From the NCBI GenBank assembly GCA_048013815.1, contig CM106585.1:16368001-16432000 (forward strand): a stretch of 64,000 nt of DNA. Reading direction: 5' to 3'. This DNA comes from Setoptus koraiensis (Eukaryota > Animalia > Arthropoda). Positions 48,943-60,851 of this stretch are shown one piece after another. A program made the position numbers and the translations under genes. Numbering within the stretch: position 1 is the first letter of the stretch; every line of letters starts with the position of its first letter. The notes beneath the pieces were generated by a model. It made no database searches. It saw nothing but the letters and a program-made list of their open reading frames with translations, and was not told the origin of the DNA.

Positions 48943-49042
48943 TATTCAATGAGAAGACAAAGAAGCGAAACAGGCATTCTTGTTTGGTCATATCAGTAGA
49001 CTTAAAAACATTCTGTGTAATTTAATATATACATAAATGAAA
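48943..49042 (+). repeat. Right copy of the 100-bp direct repeat
   Basis: 97/100 identical to 37257-37356. Confidence 0.92.
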
Positions 49043-49079
49043 AAAATAATATCTCTTACTACTCGATTTATTAGAACTG

Positions 49080-51522
<2,443 letters not shown>

Positions 51523-51662
51523 TTATGTCTAAATTTCTTGGGCAAGACGAAACTACTGCTGTTGCAACTACACTGGATATTTAATGGTCGCGAATCGTTA
51601 CCTTGAATAAGTCACACTCTGCAATCATTTTATAGTGACCAGTTGCTCAGTCGAGAGAAAGT

Positions 51663-51676
51663 CCTCTAGAGGGCGA
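51663..51676 (+). promoter_or_regulatory. CTCF-like motif CCTCTAGAGGGCGA in the DHX15/WDR46 divergent promoter
   Basis: Near match to the CTCF core, in a 537-bp head-to-head intergenic region. Confidence 0.3.
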
Positions 51677-52023
51677 TTCATGCTTTCATTTTTAGCTCGC
51701 GAGTAAAGGGAAGTATATGAGTCACAACTAAAATATTCAATGAAACAACATGTGCCTTTTCAAAGCATACGAGCTGCCTCTCTCTGAATTTCGATGAACA
51801 ACAATCAGTTACTCATTTTGGATGCGTGAGAGATTACAAACCAGCGTGGTGGATATAGATAAATCTGTGGAACGCGCAAATCTTGGGCACTACGTGTCAT
51901 GGATTGTTCATGCTTACACTGTTGACACTACATTTGTTGTACTACCGATAATAAATGCCGAAAAACAATTTTGTTTTGTAATTTATTCCTTACCTTATAT
52001 TTTTTTAAAATCTTTCTACCGAC

Positions 52024-53349
52024 ATGGAGACCAGTGTCGAAAAGTTACCGGGACCAGCAGCTGATACATTGGAGCTAGAGGATCTAGAAACAACAGCTGA
52101 AACAAAGTCGGAAAAGAGACAAAGTCTGTCAAAGAGAAAGGATCGCCGAAAAGAGCACGATAAAGAGACCTCCAAACGAAACAAATATCTACTACCATCC
52201 AAGCACGGATACCTCGATACTGATTCAAGTATATCCTCTTTCGAGATAGATCAATCGGACATTGTGAAATCAGTAGACATAACCAATGCGTCCAAACATT
52301 TCGAACTAAATTTAAATCAACTGGGACCCTACAGGTGCAACTATTTCAGAAATGGTCGTCTTCTTCTATTAGGTGGCAGAAGAGGTCATGTTGCGGCATT
52401 CAATTGGCTGACGAAGAAACTCATTTGTGAGTTCAATGTTCAAGAGTCTGTCCACGATATACAGTGGCTACATATGCCTAATATGTTTGCAGTAGCACAA
52501 AAGGAATGGGTTCATATCTATGATGACAAATCCATAGAACTAAATGTTATGAAGAACATGTATCGTGTGCAACATCTTGAATTTTTACCCTATCACCTGT
52601 TATTGGCATCGTCGTCAGATAATGGTTTTCTGAATTGGCTTGACATTTCGATGGGAAAAACTGTGGCAACATTTAACATTCGTACCAAGACCTCATATAT
52701 GACCCACAACCCTTCTAACTCCCTATTATTTTGTTCACACCCTAACGGTACAATAACCATGTGGAGTCCAAATCACAACAGACCGGCGGTGTCCATGCTT
52801 TGCCATGGTGCTGCTGCAAGAGGTATCAGTGTATCAAGTGACGGTAGATACTGCGCCACAACAGGCTTAGATAGAAAGATCAAAATATGGGATCTCAGGA
52901 ATAATTATACTTGCCTCAAAACTCATACAGTTAACCATGTACCCGACTCTTGTTCCTTTAGTCAACGGGATATGTTAGCAGTAGCTATAGGAAATCAACT
53001 CCAAGTATTCAAAGATTGCACAAGGAAAGATGTCACAGTAAAACCGTACCTGAGACATAAGGTAGGACATGTGATAAGCGATGTTCAGTTCTGCCCTTTC
53101 GAAGACGTACTCGGCATATCGCACGCCAGCGGCTTCACAAGTGCTTTAGTTCCTGGCAGCGGTGAACCAAATTTCGATTCACATGAGGCTAATCCATTCA
53201 TGACTAAATCTCAGCAGAAGGAAATGGAAGTTAAGTTGCTGTTAGATAAGATTCCATCTGAAATGATTTGCTTGGACCCTAAGAAACTTGCTTATGTGTC
53301 GAAAGAGAAGGAAATCTATGAAAGCAAGAAACCAGCGTTGAAAAAGTAA
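52024..53349 (+). CDS. WDR46: WD repeat protein 46 (UTP7/BING4), intronless
   Basis: LGPYRCNY..NGR.LLLGGRRGHVAAF, FAVAQK, LEFLPYHLLL and BING4CT motif VPGSGEPNFD. Confidence 0.93.
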   Translation: METSVEKLPGPAADTLELEDLETTAETKSEKRQSLSKRKDRRKEHDKETSKRNKYLLPSKHGYLDTDSSISSFEIDQSDIVKSVDITNASKHFELNLNQLGPYRCNYFRNGRLLLLGGRRGHVAAFNWLTKKLICEFNVQESVHDIQWLHMPNMFAVAQKEWVHIYDDKSIELNVMKNMYRVQHLEFLPYHLLLASSSDNGFLNWLDISMGKTVATFNIRTKTSYMTHNPSNSLLFCSHPNGTITMWSPNHNRPAVSMLCHGAAARGISVSSDGRYCATTGLDRKIKIWDLRNNYTCLKTHTVNHVPDSCSFSQRDMLAVAIGNQLQVFKDCTRKDVTVKPYLRHKVGHVISDVQFCPFEDVLGISHASGFTSALVPGSGEPNFDSHEANPFMTKSQQKEMEVKLLLDKIPSEMICLDPKKLAYVSKEKEIYESKKPALKK

Positions 53350-53403
53350 CATTCTAATTACATTATTAACAGCCAGTGGTCAATTATTAAAATATTTGGT
53401 CAT

Positions 53404-54246
53404 CTACTTTTTGCCTGCTATACTCTTCAATAATTCTAGAGCAGGTTTCTTAAGTATCGGTTTACGTATGATAGGGCCTATCGTTGTGGGTAATATAGAC
53501 GATTCAAAGATCATCTTCTTCTGACTAGACATGGAGGTTCTCGGCCTGTGCTTAGAATAAATTTTGACAGCCTTACGAGTATCCCTGGAACTTTCTGGTA
53601 GGAGTTTTATATCAAGAGAAGACTTTGCAAGAAGTTTCGCGTCTCTCTCCTTGACTAACTCTTCCTTCTTTCGGCGTTCTCTGAATTGTCTTCTGACTAT
53701 TCGATTGCATTTGAATTCGTCCGACCATCTTGACTGTAGTTTCTGTATTTCCTCAAGGTCGCCTATGGTAGATTCAGCCTTAATTTTATCCTCAGCTTGC
53801 CTCTCCAACTTGTACATTGCATCTACGGAGATTCTTTTAGATTCTTCCTTGTCATGACAGATTTGTTCATTGTCAGCTTGGTCCCACCGTCTTTCCTGAC
53901 GACGAGCGCCATTTAGGATAGTGTAGTCCAGTTTGGCAGGATCGCTTTGCATTTCGAAGTGATTATCACAGAGATGACATTTCATTCGAAACTTATAAAT
54001 TGGTGTGGTGTAATAATTGCCCGCTCTAGATTTTTCAGCGTTATATCGGACCCCCATGCCTATGTGATTGTTGCAACCATCACACCATATATTGTAAGGC
54101 ATCTCAAATCTGATGATCAGTATGCCTTGGTCTAGTTTTCGAGCCCTATCTCTCAATGGATGAGAATTCCTATATTTGTTTATAGATCCTTTCCTAGGGT
54201 CCCAATCCGTGGGATAATATTTATTGGTGGCTTTTCTTTCAGCCAT
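53404..54246 (-). CDS. CCDC130: CCDC130/YJU2B (CWC16 family) splicing factor, intronless
   Basis: MAERKATNKYYP, HPLRDRARKL, IRFEMPYNIWCDGC..HIGMGVRYNAEK and CHLC. Confidence 0.95.
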   Translation of the reverse strand: MAERKATNKYYPTDWDPRKGSINKYRNSHPLRDRARKLDQGILIIRFEMPYNIWCDGCNNHIGMGVRYNAEKSRAGNYYTTPIYKFRMKCHLCDNHFEMQSDPAKLDYTILNGARRQERRWDQADNEQICHDKEESKRISVDAMYKLERQAEDKIKAESTIGDLEEIQKLQSRWSDEFKCNRIVRRQFRERRKKEELVKERDAKLLAKSSLDIKLLPESSRDTRKAVKIYSKHRPRTSMSSQKKMIFESSILPTTIGPIIRKPILKKPALELLKSIAGKK

Positions 54247-54637
54247 TTTGTAAGATTGATAGAATATCCTTAAATTGATCTAAATGAATGATAATTCTAT
54301 TACACACTAATCTAACCTGATACATGTATTAAATCCAAATGAGTTGATTTTTCTTGGAGCCTTAGCGCGAATTTAAAAAAAGAAAAAATCTGATTTTTAA
54401 AATCATAAATAAATCATGGCGGCTGTGTTAGCATCTATAACTAGAATGATAGTGGTTCTACAGTGTTAGTTGCAATTTTTTTTTTTTGAATTTTCCGCTC
54501 ATCCAAATGTCATTTCCACCGGCTTTATTGCAGCGTGCTTCTACACAATGGTGTAATTATTACAAGAGTTTTGATTGATTTAATCTCAATAATTTAATTT
54601 ATTTAATTTTATAAATCTAACATCAAGGAGAACCACC

Positions 54638-56719
54638 ATGGAAATAAGGCCATCATATATCGAACATCGAGAAGGACTGTGGTCAAAGCATGAGGAGGAA
54701 AGACTGGTTTCATTAGAGAGCGCTGAGAAGAAGCCAATCACTATCAAGGCTCTGAATAAGAACGGCGAGAAAGTCTCCAAGGAAGGACTAAGTTGGTCAA
54801 CAAGTCCGTGGCAAATCGCCCAACAAATCCTTCCGAAAGCATTTTGTGATGAGATTATTGTGGCGAAGGTGAACGGGATTCTTTGGGATCTAGAACGCGT
54901 TCTTGAAGAGGATTGTGAAGTCGAATTTCTTAGGTTTGATAATGAGGAAGCTCAAGCTGTCTTTTGGCACTCAACGGCTCACGTACTGGGCGAGGCGATC
55001 GAAAGATTTTATGGTGGCCATCTTTGCTACGGACCACCTATTAGTGAAGGATTCTATTATGACGTGTTCATGACCAATGAATCTGGTGATGAATCTCGAA
55101 ATGTTGTCTTGCCTCAACACTATGCAGAGTTGGAAAAAATCATGAAAACAATCTGCTCCGAGAAGCAACCTTTTCGACGCCTGGAACTTACAAAAAAACA
55201 ACTCAAAGAAATGTTTTTTTACAATCAATTCAAGCTGAGAATACTGGACAACAAAGTAACTGAACCTAGCACAACGGCCTATAAATGTGGTACATTGATA
55301 GATTTGTGTCGTGGTCCTCATGTTCGCCACACCGGACTTTTGAAGGCTTTCAAAGTAGCTAAGCATTCCTGCTCATATTGGGAGGGCAAAAATGATGCTG
55401 AAAGCTTACAACGTATTTACGGTATATCCTTTCCCAACAACAAACAGTTACAGGAGTATATCAAGATACAAGAAGAGGCTGCGAAGTACGATCACAGGCG
55501 CATCGGTGTGGAACAGAATCTATTCTTTTTTGATGAACTTAGCCCCGGTTCTTGTTTTTTCACTGGAAAAGGAACTCATATATACAATACTTTGGTGAAG
55601 TTTCTAAAGGAACAATATCGGGAGCGAGGCATTGAAGAAGTGAAGACGCCAAATATATTCAAGTCTAACTTGTATAAAATCTCTGGACATTTGGACCATT
55701 ATGCGGACAACATGTACTCCATAGATATAGAAAAAGAAAAGTTTTGCTTGAAACCAATGAACTGTCCAGCCCATTGTCTGATATACAAGAGCGAAGTTAG
55801 ATCGTGGAGAGACCTACCCATTAGATGGGCAGACTTTGGTGCTTTACACAGGAATGAAGCTTCGGGAGCTCTATCTGGTTTGACCCGGGTGAGAAGATTT
55901 CAACAGGATGATGCACATATCTTTTGTACTAAAGACCAAATCGAGTCAGAAGTAGCACAAACTATCGAATTCATTGAACATGTCTACAAGCAATTCGGGT
56001 TCACATGCGAGTACTGTCTATCAACAAGACCAGAATCGTACCTGGGAGAACTCGCAATATGGGATCAAGCGGAAGATGCACTGCGTCATGCCCTGGGTGG
56101 TACAGGCCAAAGATACAAAATCAAGGATGGTGATGGAGCCTTTTATGGGCCCAAGATAGATATCACCTTGAGGGATGCATTACGTCGGCCACATCAATGT
56201 GCCACAATACAATTAGACTTTCAACTACCCGTTCGATTTGAACTGTCTTATGTGAGCCAAGATGGCTCTCATCAAAGACCGGTCATGGTTCATCGTGCAA
56301 TCCTTGGCTCTGTTGAACGGTTTATGGCGATCGTCATAGAAAATTTTAAAGGCAACTTACCTTTTTGGCTATCTCCAAGGCAAGCACAGATTGTTTCAGT
56401 GGCAACAGCATTTGATGATTATGCTAGGACAGTGAAGGATGAATTACATCGGGCTGGATTTGAGGTTGCTCTAGAGTTGGATCCAGGCAAGACGTTGGAC
56501 AAGAAGGTTAAGATGGCGTGGGAACATCATTTCAAATTTTTGTTGTTTGTCGGTGAGAAAGAGAGTAAAACTAATAGTGTCTCTGTGAGGACTGTTGTCG
56601 CCAACAAGCGCTTCACCGAAGTCCCAATCGATAAACTCATTGCGACCTTTTCCAAATTCACCAAAGGTCGCATGTCTGACCAAGATATGGTGGAGTTGCT
56701 GGACGAACTGAACGAATGA
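54638..56719 (+). CDS. TARS1: Threonine--tRNA ligase (cytoplasmic type), intronless
   Basis: TGS domain, HSTAH, DLCRGPHV, KPMNCP, RVRRFQQDDAHIFC, GAFYGPKIDI, CATIQLDFQLP and HRAILGSVERF. Confidence 0.97.
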   Translation: MEIRPSYIEHREGLWSKHEEERLVSLESAEKKPITIKALNKNGEKVSKEGLSWSTSPWQIAQQILPKAFCDEIIVAKVNGILWDLERVLEEDCEVEFLRFDNEEAQAVFWHSTAHVLGEAIERFYGGHLCYGPPISEGFYYDVFMTNESGDESRNVVLPQHYAELEKIMKTICSEKQPFRRLELTKKQLKEMFFYNQFKLRILDNKVTEPSTTAYKCGTLIDLCRGPHVRHTGLLKAFKVAKHSCSYWEGKNDAESLQRIYGISFPNNKQLQEYIKIQEEAAKYDHRRIGVEQNLFFFDELSPGSCFFTGKGTHIYNTLVKFLKEQYRERGIEEVKTPNIFKSNLYKISGHLDHYADNMYSIDIEKEKFCLKPMNCPAHCLIYKSEVRSWRDLPIRWADFGALHRNEASGALSGLTRVRRFQQDDAHIFCTKDQIESEVAQTIEFIEHVYKQFGFTCEYCLSTRPESYLGELAIWDQAEDALRHALGGTGQRYKIKDGDGAFYGPKIDITLRDALRRPHQCATIQLDFQLPVRFELSYVSQDGSHQRPVMVHRAILGSVERFMAIVIENFKGNLPFWLSPRQAQIVSVATAFDDYARTVKDELHRAGFEVALELDPGKTLDKKVKMAWEHHFKFLLFVGEKESKTNSVSVRTVVANKRFTEVPIDKLIATFSKFTKGRMSDQDMVELLDELNE

Positions 56720-56799
56720 ACACACATCACATTGGTATGAATAAACAATCTTTATTAATTAACATGTATTCAATTCACTCCACTTCATCATTTCGGCTT

Positions 56800-57663
56800 T
56801 TAATACAAGAATTCATTTTCGATTCCGTCGTCATACTCGCCCATGCCGTCATACTCGTCAGAAAATCCGTCTTCATCATACGGGTCGTAATCGAACCCTT
56901 CGCCATAGAATTCCTCATCGGAGTCTAGACGATCTGCTACATAAATTCTCGGCTTCTCAAGCTCCGGAATGTCACCGTGGTAGTTCTCCAAAGTGAGATT
57001 GTTGAGGTTGGAGCAGCTTGAAATTATCTTGTCGAGAGATTCCCTGTCATTCCTGTCTAAATCAACAAATAACAGTTCGAGTTTTGGGCAGGAACATATT
57101 AGATTCAGAGCATCTTGGCGAGAAGATGTGTATCTAATATCTAGCGATTGCAGGATGAACTCTTCATTGGCTACAGCGATACGTTGTCCCTCAATATATG
57201 GCATGTCAAGGTGGAGGAGTCTTGATTTGACCTCAGGCAACAGCCTACTTAACTCATCCTCGCCTTCCAATTGAACATGGTCAATCCTGAGCGTAGTTAC
57301 CTGGCGACACTTGGTCACAAGGTTAAATAATTCTGAGGGAGCGAATTTTATATATTGTAATTCCAAGGTGGTCAACATCGGACAATTATCACTCAAGTAA
57401 CGGTGCGAATCAGTGGGAAATCTTGAGACCATTCTGCTGAGGTTGACTTCTATTAAATTTGAAAGCTTCATGAAAAGTGGCTCTAAGGTCGTCATGTCCC
57501 TGTATGACCAGAGATCGTCTTCGCCGAATTTCTTTAGTCTGTTGAGATGATCGGTAACCAGCAATTTCGTTTTCCTGGAAACCATCGAAAGACGGCCAAA
57601 GTCGTTGAAATCGTCCAGACAGCTTATGATCCTTAGCCAGAGTTCGTTGGGTAATTTATCCAT
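56800..57663 (-). CDS. F-box + LRR protein with acidic Tyr-rich tail; paralog of the Y1/Y2 N-half
   Basis: F-box MDKLPNELWLRIISCL. LSDNCPMLTTLEL..IKFAPSEL..VTKCRQVTTLRIDHVQL..DELSR aligns with Y2 LSDNCSLLTALNF..ISFAPYEL..VTNCHQLTTLKLDHVML..DELSR. Confidence 0.85.
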   Translation of the reverse strand: MDKLPNELWLRIISCLDDFNDFGRLSMVSRKTKLLVTDHLNRLKKFGEDDLWSYRDMTTLEPLFMKLSNLIEVNLSRMVSRFPTDSHRYLSDNCPMLTTLELQYIKFAPSELFNLVTKCRQVTTLRIDHVQLEGEDELSRLLPEVKSRLLHLDMPYIEGQRIAVANEEFILQSLDIRYTSSRQDALNLICSCPKLELLFVDLDRNDRESLDKIISSCSNLNNLTLENYHGDIPELEKPRIYVADRLDSDEEFYGEGFDYDPYDEDGFSDEYDGMGEYDDGIENEFLY

Positions 57664-58020
57664 TTTTTCTAGCAAGTAATATCGTAATACAAAGTCAATT
57701 TAGAAAAGTAGCATGTGAGTAAAGGTATCATTACATTTATTGCATAATTGGCTGTTACAAATTGTTGGTCAACACGTGGTGGCGTCGTGAGCGCTACCTT
57801 GCGCGTAAAAAGAGAACTACCACTCCGCATCGTCATCATATGTTTTTATTTATGCATTTGGTGCACTTACAAAAAAAGTACACTTCGTGCTTTTTCTCCT
57901 TATGTGTCTCACAATTGTCACTTAATCGCCTTATCACCTGATTACTGGCGACAGTTTCACACTTGCCTGTCCAATGCAAACAATACACGAGGTCCATGTA
58001 ACAACATTTCATTATTTATC

Positions 58021-59085
58021 ATGGATAATGAAAATAGCAACTGGGTATACGCAGGAGGTTTGGATTACCGACTGACAGAAGGCGATATAATATGTGTATT
58101 CTCTCAGTATGGCGAGATTGCGGGGATCAATTTAGTTCGAGATAAAGATAGCGGCCAATCAAAAGGATATTGTTTCGTCTGCTACGATGACAAAAGGAGT
58201 ACAGAATTGGCGGTAGACAATTTCAACGAAACCACATTGGTCGGACGGAAGATCAAAGTATCCTATGTGGAGAATTATCGCGCGCCAAAACTCGGCCATC
58301 TTCGTATCAACCCATCATCTGGCCCCTCACCCCCAGAACCAAAGTTGGTTGAATCGCCCTCAGAACCGGCAGCTGTTCTCTCGGCGCCGGAATCAAAGCC
58401 TAGCAGCTCGCTAACACGACCACGTTTTGGCCAATTACCAACCACATTGAACGCGGCCATACCAGCGCCAGGACCACTCTTCGGCCAATTACTACAAAAA
58501 CCACTTCCTGTCCAAGAACCTCCACCACAAACGGAATCTGGCCGCCGCTCGTCATCGAGACCTCGCTCTGGCCCTTCGCCCACAAGACCGCTCTCTAACA
58601 ATTCGATATCGCGACCATATTCAGGCCGCTCGACATCACGACCACGTTCTAGTCGATCACCATCGAGGCCTCATTCGGGCCGCTCGCCACCACGACCACG
58701 TTCCGGCCAGCTGCAAACAAGACCACGAACTAGCTGGTCGCCGTCACGACACCGCTCTAACCGATCGCCGGCGAGACCACGTTCTAGCCGGTCGCCATTG
58801 AGATCTAGTTCTTTCCGCTCACCTTCAAGGCCACGTTCTGGTCGCTCTCCTCCGAGATACCACCATACTCGCATGCCACATGGATCGCGTTCGCCACCAC
58901 ACTTACGCTATGGTTACCCACCACCACGCTCTCGTTACGATTATTCCCCGCCCAGACACCGTTACGACTACTCACCGTCAAGACCACGCTATGACCGCTC
59001 TCCTGTTCGAGCACGCTCCCCCTTGTCGCCACCAAGATACCGTTTGGAACGCTCACCTGACGCATACAGTAGATATCGAAGATAG
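58021..59085 (+). CDS. RBMX2: RBMX2/Snu17-like RRM protein with RS/RP-rich repeat tail
   Basis: GGLDYRLTEGDIICVFSQYGEI..INLVRDK.SG.SKGYCF.CYDD.RST.LAVDNFN and NYRAPK match RBMX2. First ATG 58021. Confidence 0.85.
   Translation: MDNENSNWVYAGGLDYRLTEGDIICVFSQYGEIAGINLVRDKDSGQSKGYCFVCYDDKRSTELAVDNFNETTLVGRKIKVSYVENYRAPKLGHLRINPSSGPSPPEPKLVESPSEPAAVLSAPESKPSSSLTRPRFGQLPTTLNAAIPAPGPLFGQLLQKPLPVQEPPPQTESGRRSSSRPRSGPSPTRPLSNNSISRPYSGRSTSRPRSSRSPSRPHSGRSPPRPRSGQLQTRPRTSWSPSRHRSNRSPARPRSSRSPLRSSSFRSPSRPRSGRSPPRYHHTRMPHGSRSPPHLRYGYPPPRSRYDYSPPRHRYDYSPSRPRYDRSPVRARSPLSPPRYRLERSPDAYSRYRR
58555..59001 (+). repeat. 27-bp (9-aa) tandem repeats in the RBMX2 tail
   Basis: 11 units of consensus SRPRSGRSP (58555-58851) plus 3 units of PPRxRYDYS (58921-59001). 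Confidence 0.85.
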
Positions 59086-59756
59086 TATTATTTCTCCCGG
59101 TGAACAATTGATACTTTTACCTTATAACTTGTAGGGTGTATACTAGTGCAAACATTTCATAAAGTGTAAATAATATTACTATCATTTTAAATAAACATTT
59201 TCCTAAACCATAGGGGATTGCACAAATGTTCCAAAACACAACAGCATGCGCATCATCATTATCTACTGTGAGAACGATTTCTGGAGGCAGTAGATTAAGT
59301 GCGAACAATATCCAAAAGGTGGCGTTGCTAGCTTTCTCAAAGTCCTGTGAGTGTCGGCACGAAATCTTGGTCAGTGTAATCGGTGGAGAAGCGCACGCGA
59401 AAGTGAGTCAATCGAAACAGACAAACAGTTATTGGAACAGTCTGTGCTTGATACATTCAATTCAAGTTGTCGCGAGCGCCTCTCGTGGAAATATCTCATA
59501 CAGTGCTCGATGCCTTCAGAAATACAATAATATAGTGAGCATGCCTATGCCTACTTTGTTTAGCAGATAAGAAAAAAAAACGTAGATATATAGGCAGCAG
59601 AACAGATGAAGCATGATGAAATCTCAATCATTCGAAAAGTCGCGAATTTCCTAGTTTTTCATCAGATGAAACACAATTAATAGTTCATTCTTTCATGGTT
59701 TAACTAACCTATAACCGTTATATTATTTTCATCCACAGAATATAATATACGACAAA

Positions 59757-60851
59757 ATGGAAACTAGTGAGGATTATTATGAGATATTGGGTATTACAAG
59801 GAATGCCACCAACGAGGAGATAAAGAAATCGTGAGTGCAAGATTTTATATATTTTTATTTAGTGATACAACATTGACTATTCTAATAATCGATCGCTCAC
59901 CAATTTATATTCATCAACAATGTACCTTGTCTGTTCAGTTACCGAAAGCTCGCCCTGAGATGGCACCCTGACAAAAATCCTGGCCAACTTAAGGAGATAG
60001 CCGAGACGAATTTCAAGAGAATTTCCGAAGCCTACGAAGTTCTATCAGATGGTAAGCATGAATGACTGATCTCCGCTCATTGTCTGATCTTCTTTCTTTC
60101 AATCAGAGTCTCAACGATCCCTGTCTCTGATCAACACTCATCTTTCTTGATTCACATTTGTAATGTATTATGCATATCTGCGTTTGTACAGAAAACAAGA
60201 GGCAAATCTATGACACATACGGCAAAGAAGGACTGATCAATGGCGGAGGTCACTCCGGAGGCCCAGGCGAAGGGTTTGAGCACTTCAACCCGTTCACTTT
60301 CTTTAGAGATCCAAACGAAGTATTTAGAGAATTTTTCAAAGATTTTGGCATGGATCTCTGGGGTGATCCGTTCAGCAACCAAGGTGGAAGCAATCACCAA
60401 TATAATCATAATAACCAACAGCAGTATCAGCAGCAGACGAACATATTTGATCCATTCTCATCCGGTCTCCAGTCATTTGGCTTTGGCGGATTCACTCCTT
60501 TCTCTCCCTTTGGCGGATTCGCTGGCCCCGGTATGCAAACGATGAGCAGTAACTTTTATTCCAGCGCTGGTGGGCCCAACGTTAAACGAAGCAGCACCTC
60601 CATTCGAACTGTTAATGGAAGACAAATAGAAACTAGAAAGTAAGTCAATCGCTCGCTATGATCACCTCATGGTCTATATTCAAATTAGACTCATTCATTA
60701 ATTTATTGAATCAAATCTTTATATTCTCATTGAACCGTTTGTTTGTCACATTTACAGGGTTGTAGAAAATGGTGTTGAAACGGTAACTGTCATCGAGGAC
60801 GGCAGAATAAAATCTAAGACTGTCAATGGTCAACCTCAACTCACTAACTAA
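59757..60851 (+). CDS. DNAJB6: DnaJ subfamily B member 6-like: join(59757..59830,59939..60051,60192..60639,60758..60851), 242 aa
   Basis: J domain with HPD, G/F-rich region and C-terminal [21 protein letters not shown]. Three GT..AG introns are phase-compatible. Confidence 0.92.

Noticed and set aside
37257-49042. Block as a Helitron, LTR element or other transposon capturing genes
   Set aside because: The helicase remnant resembles UPF1, not PIF1. No HUH/Rep, transposase, RT or integrase, TIRs or TG..CA LTR ends were seen.
54416-54640. Upstream exon giving ThrRS a mitochondrial presequence (MAAVLASITR...)
   Set aside because: Each donor/acceptor pairing tried gave an in-frame stop before 54638.
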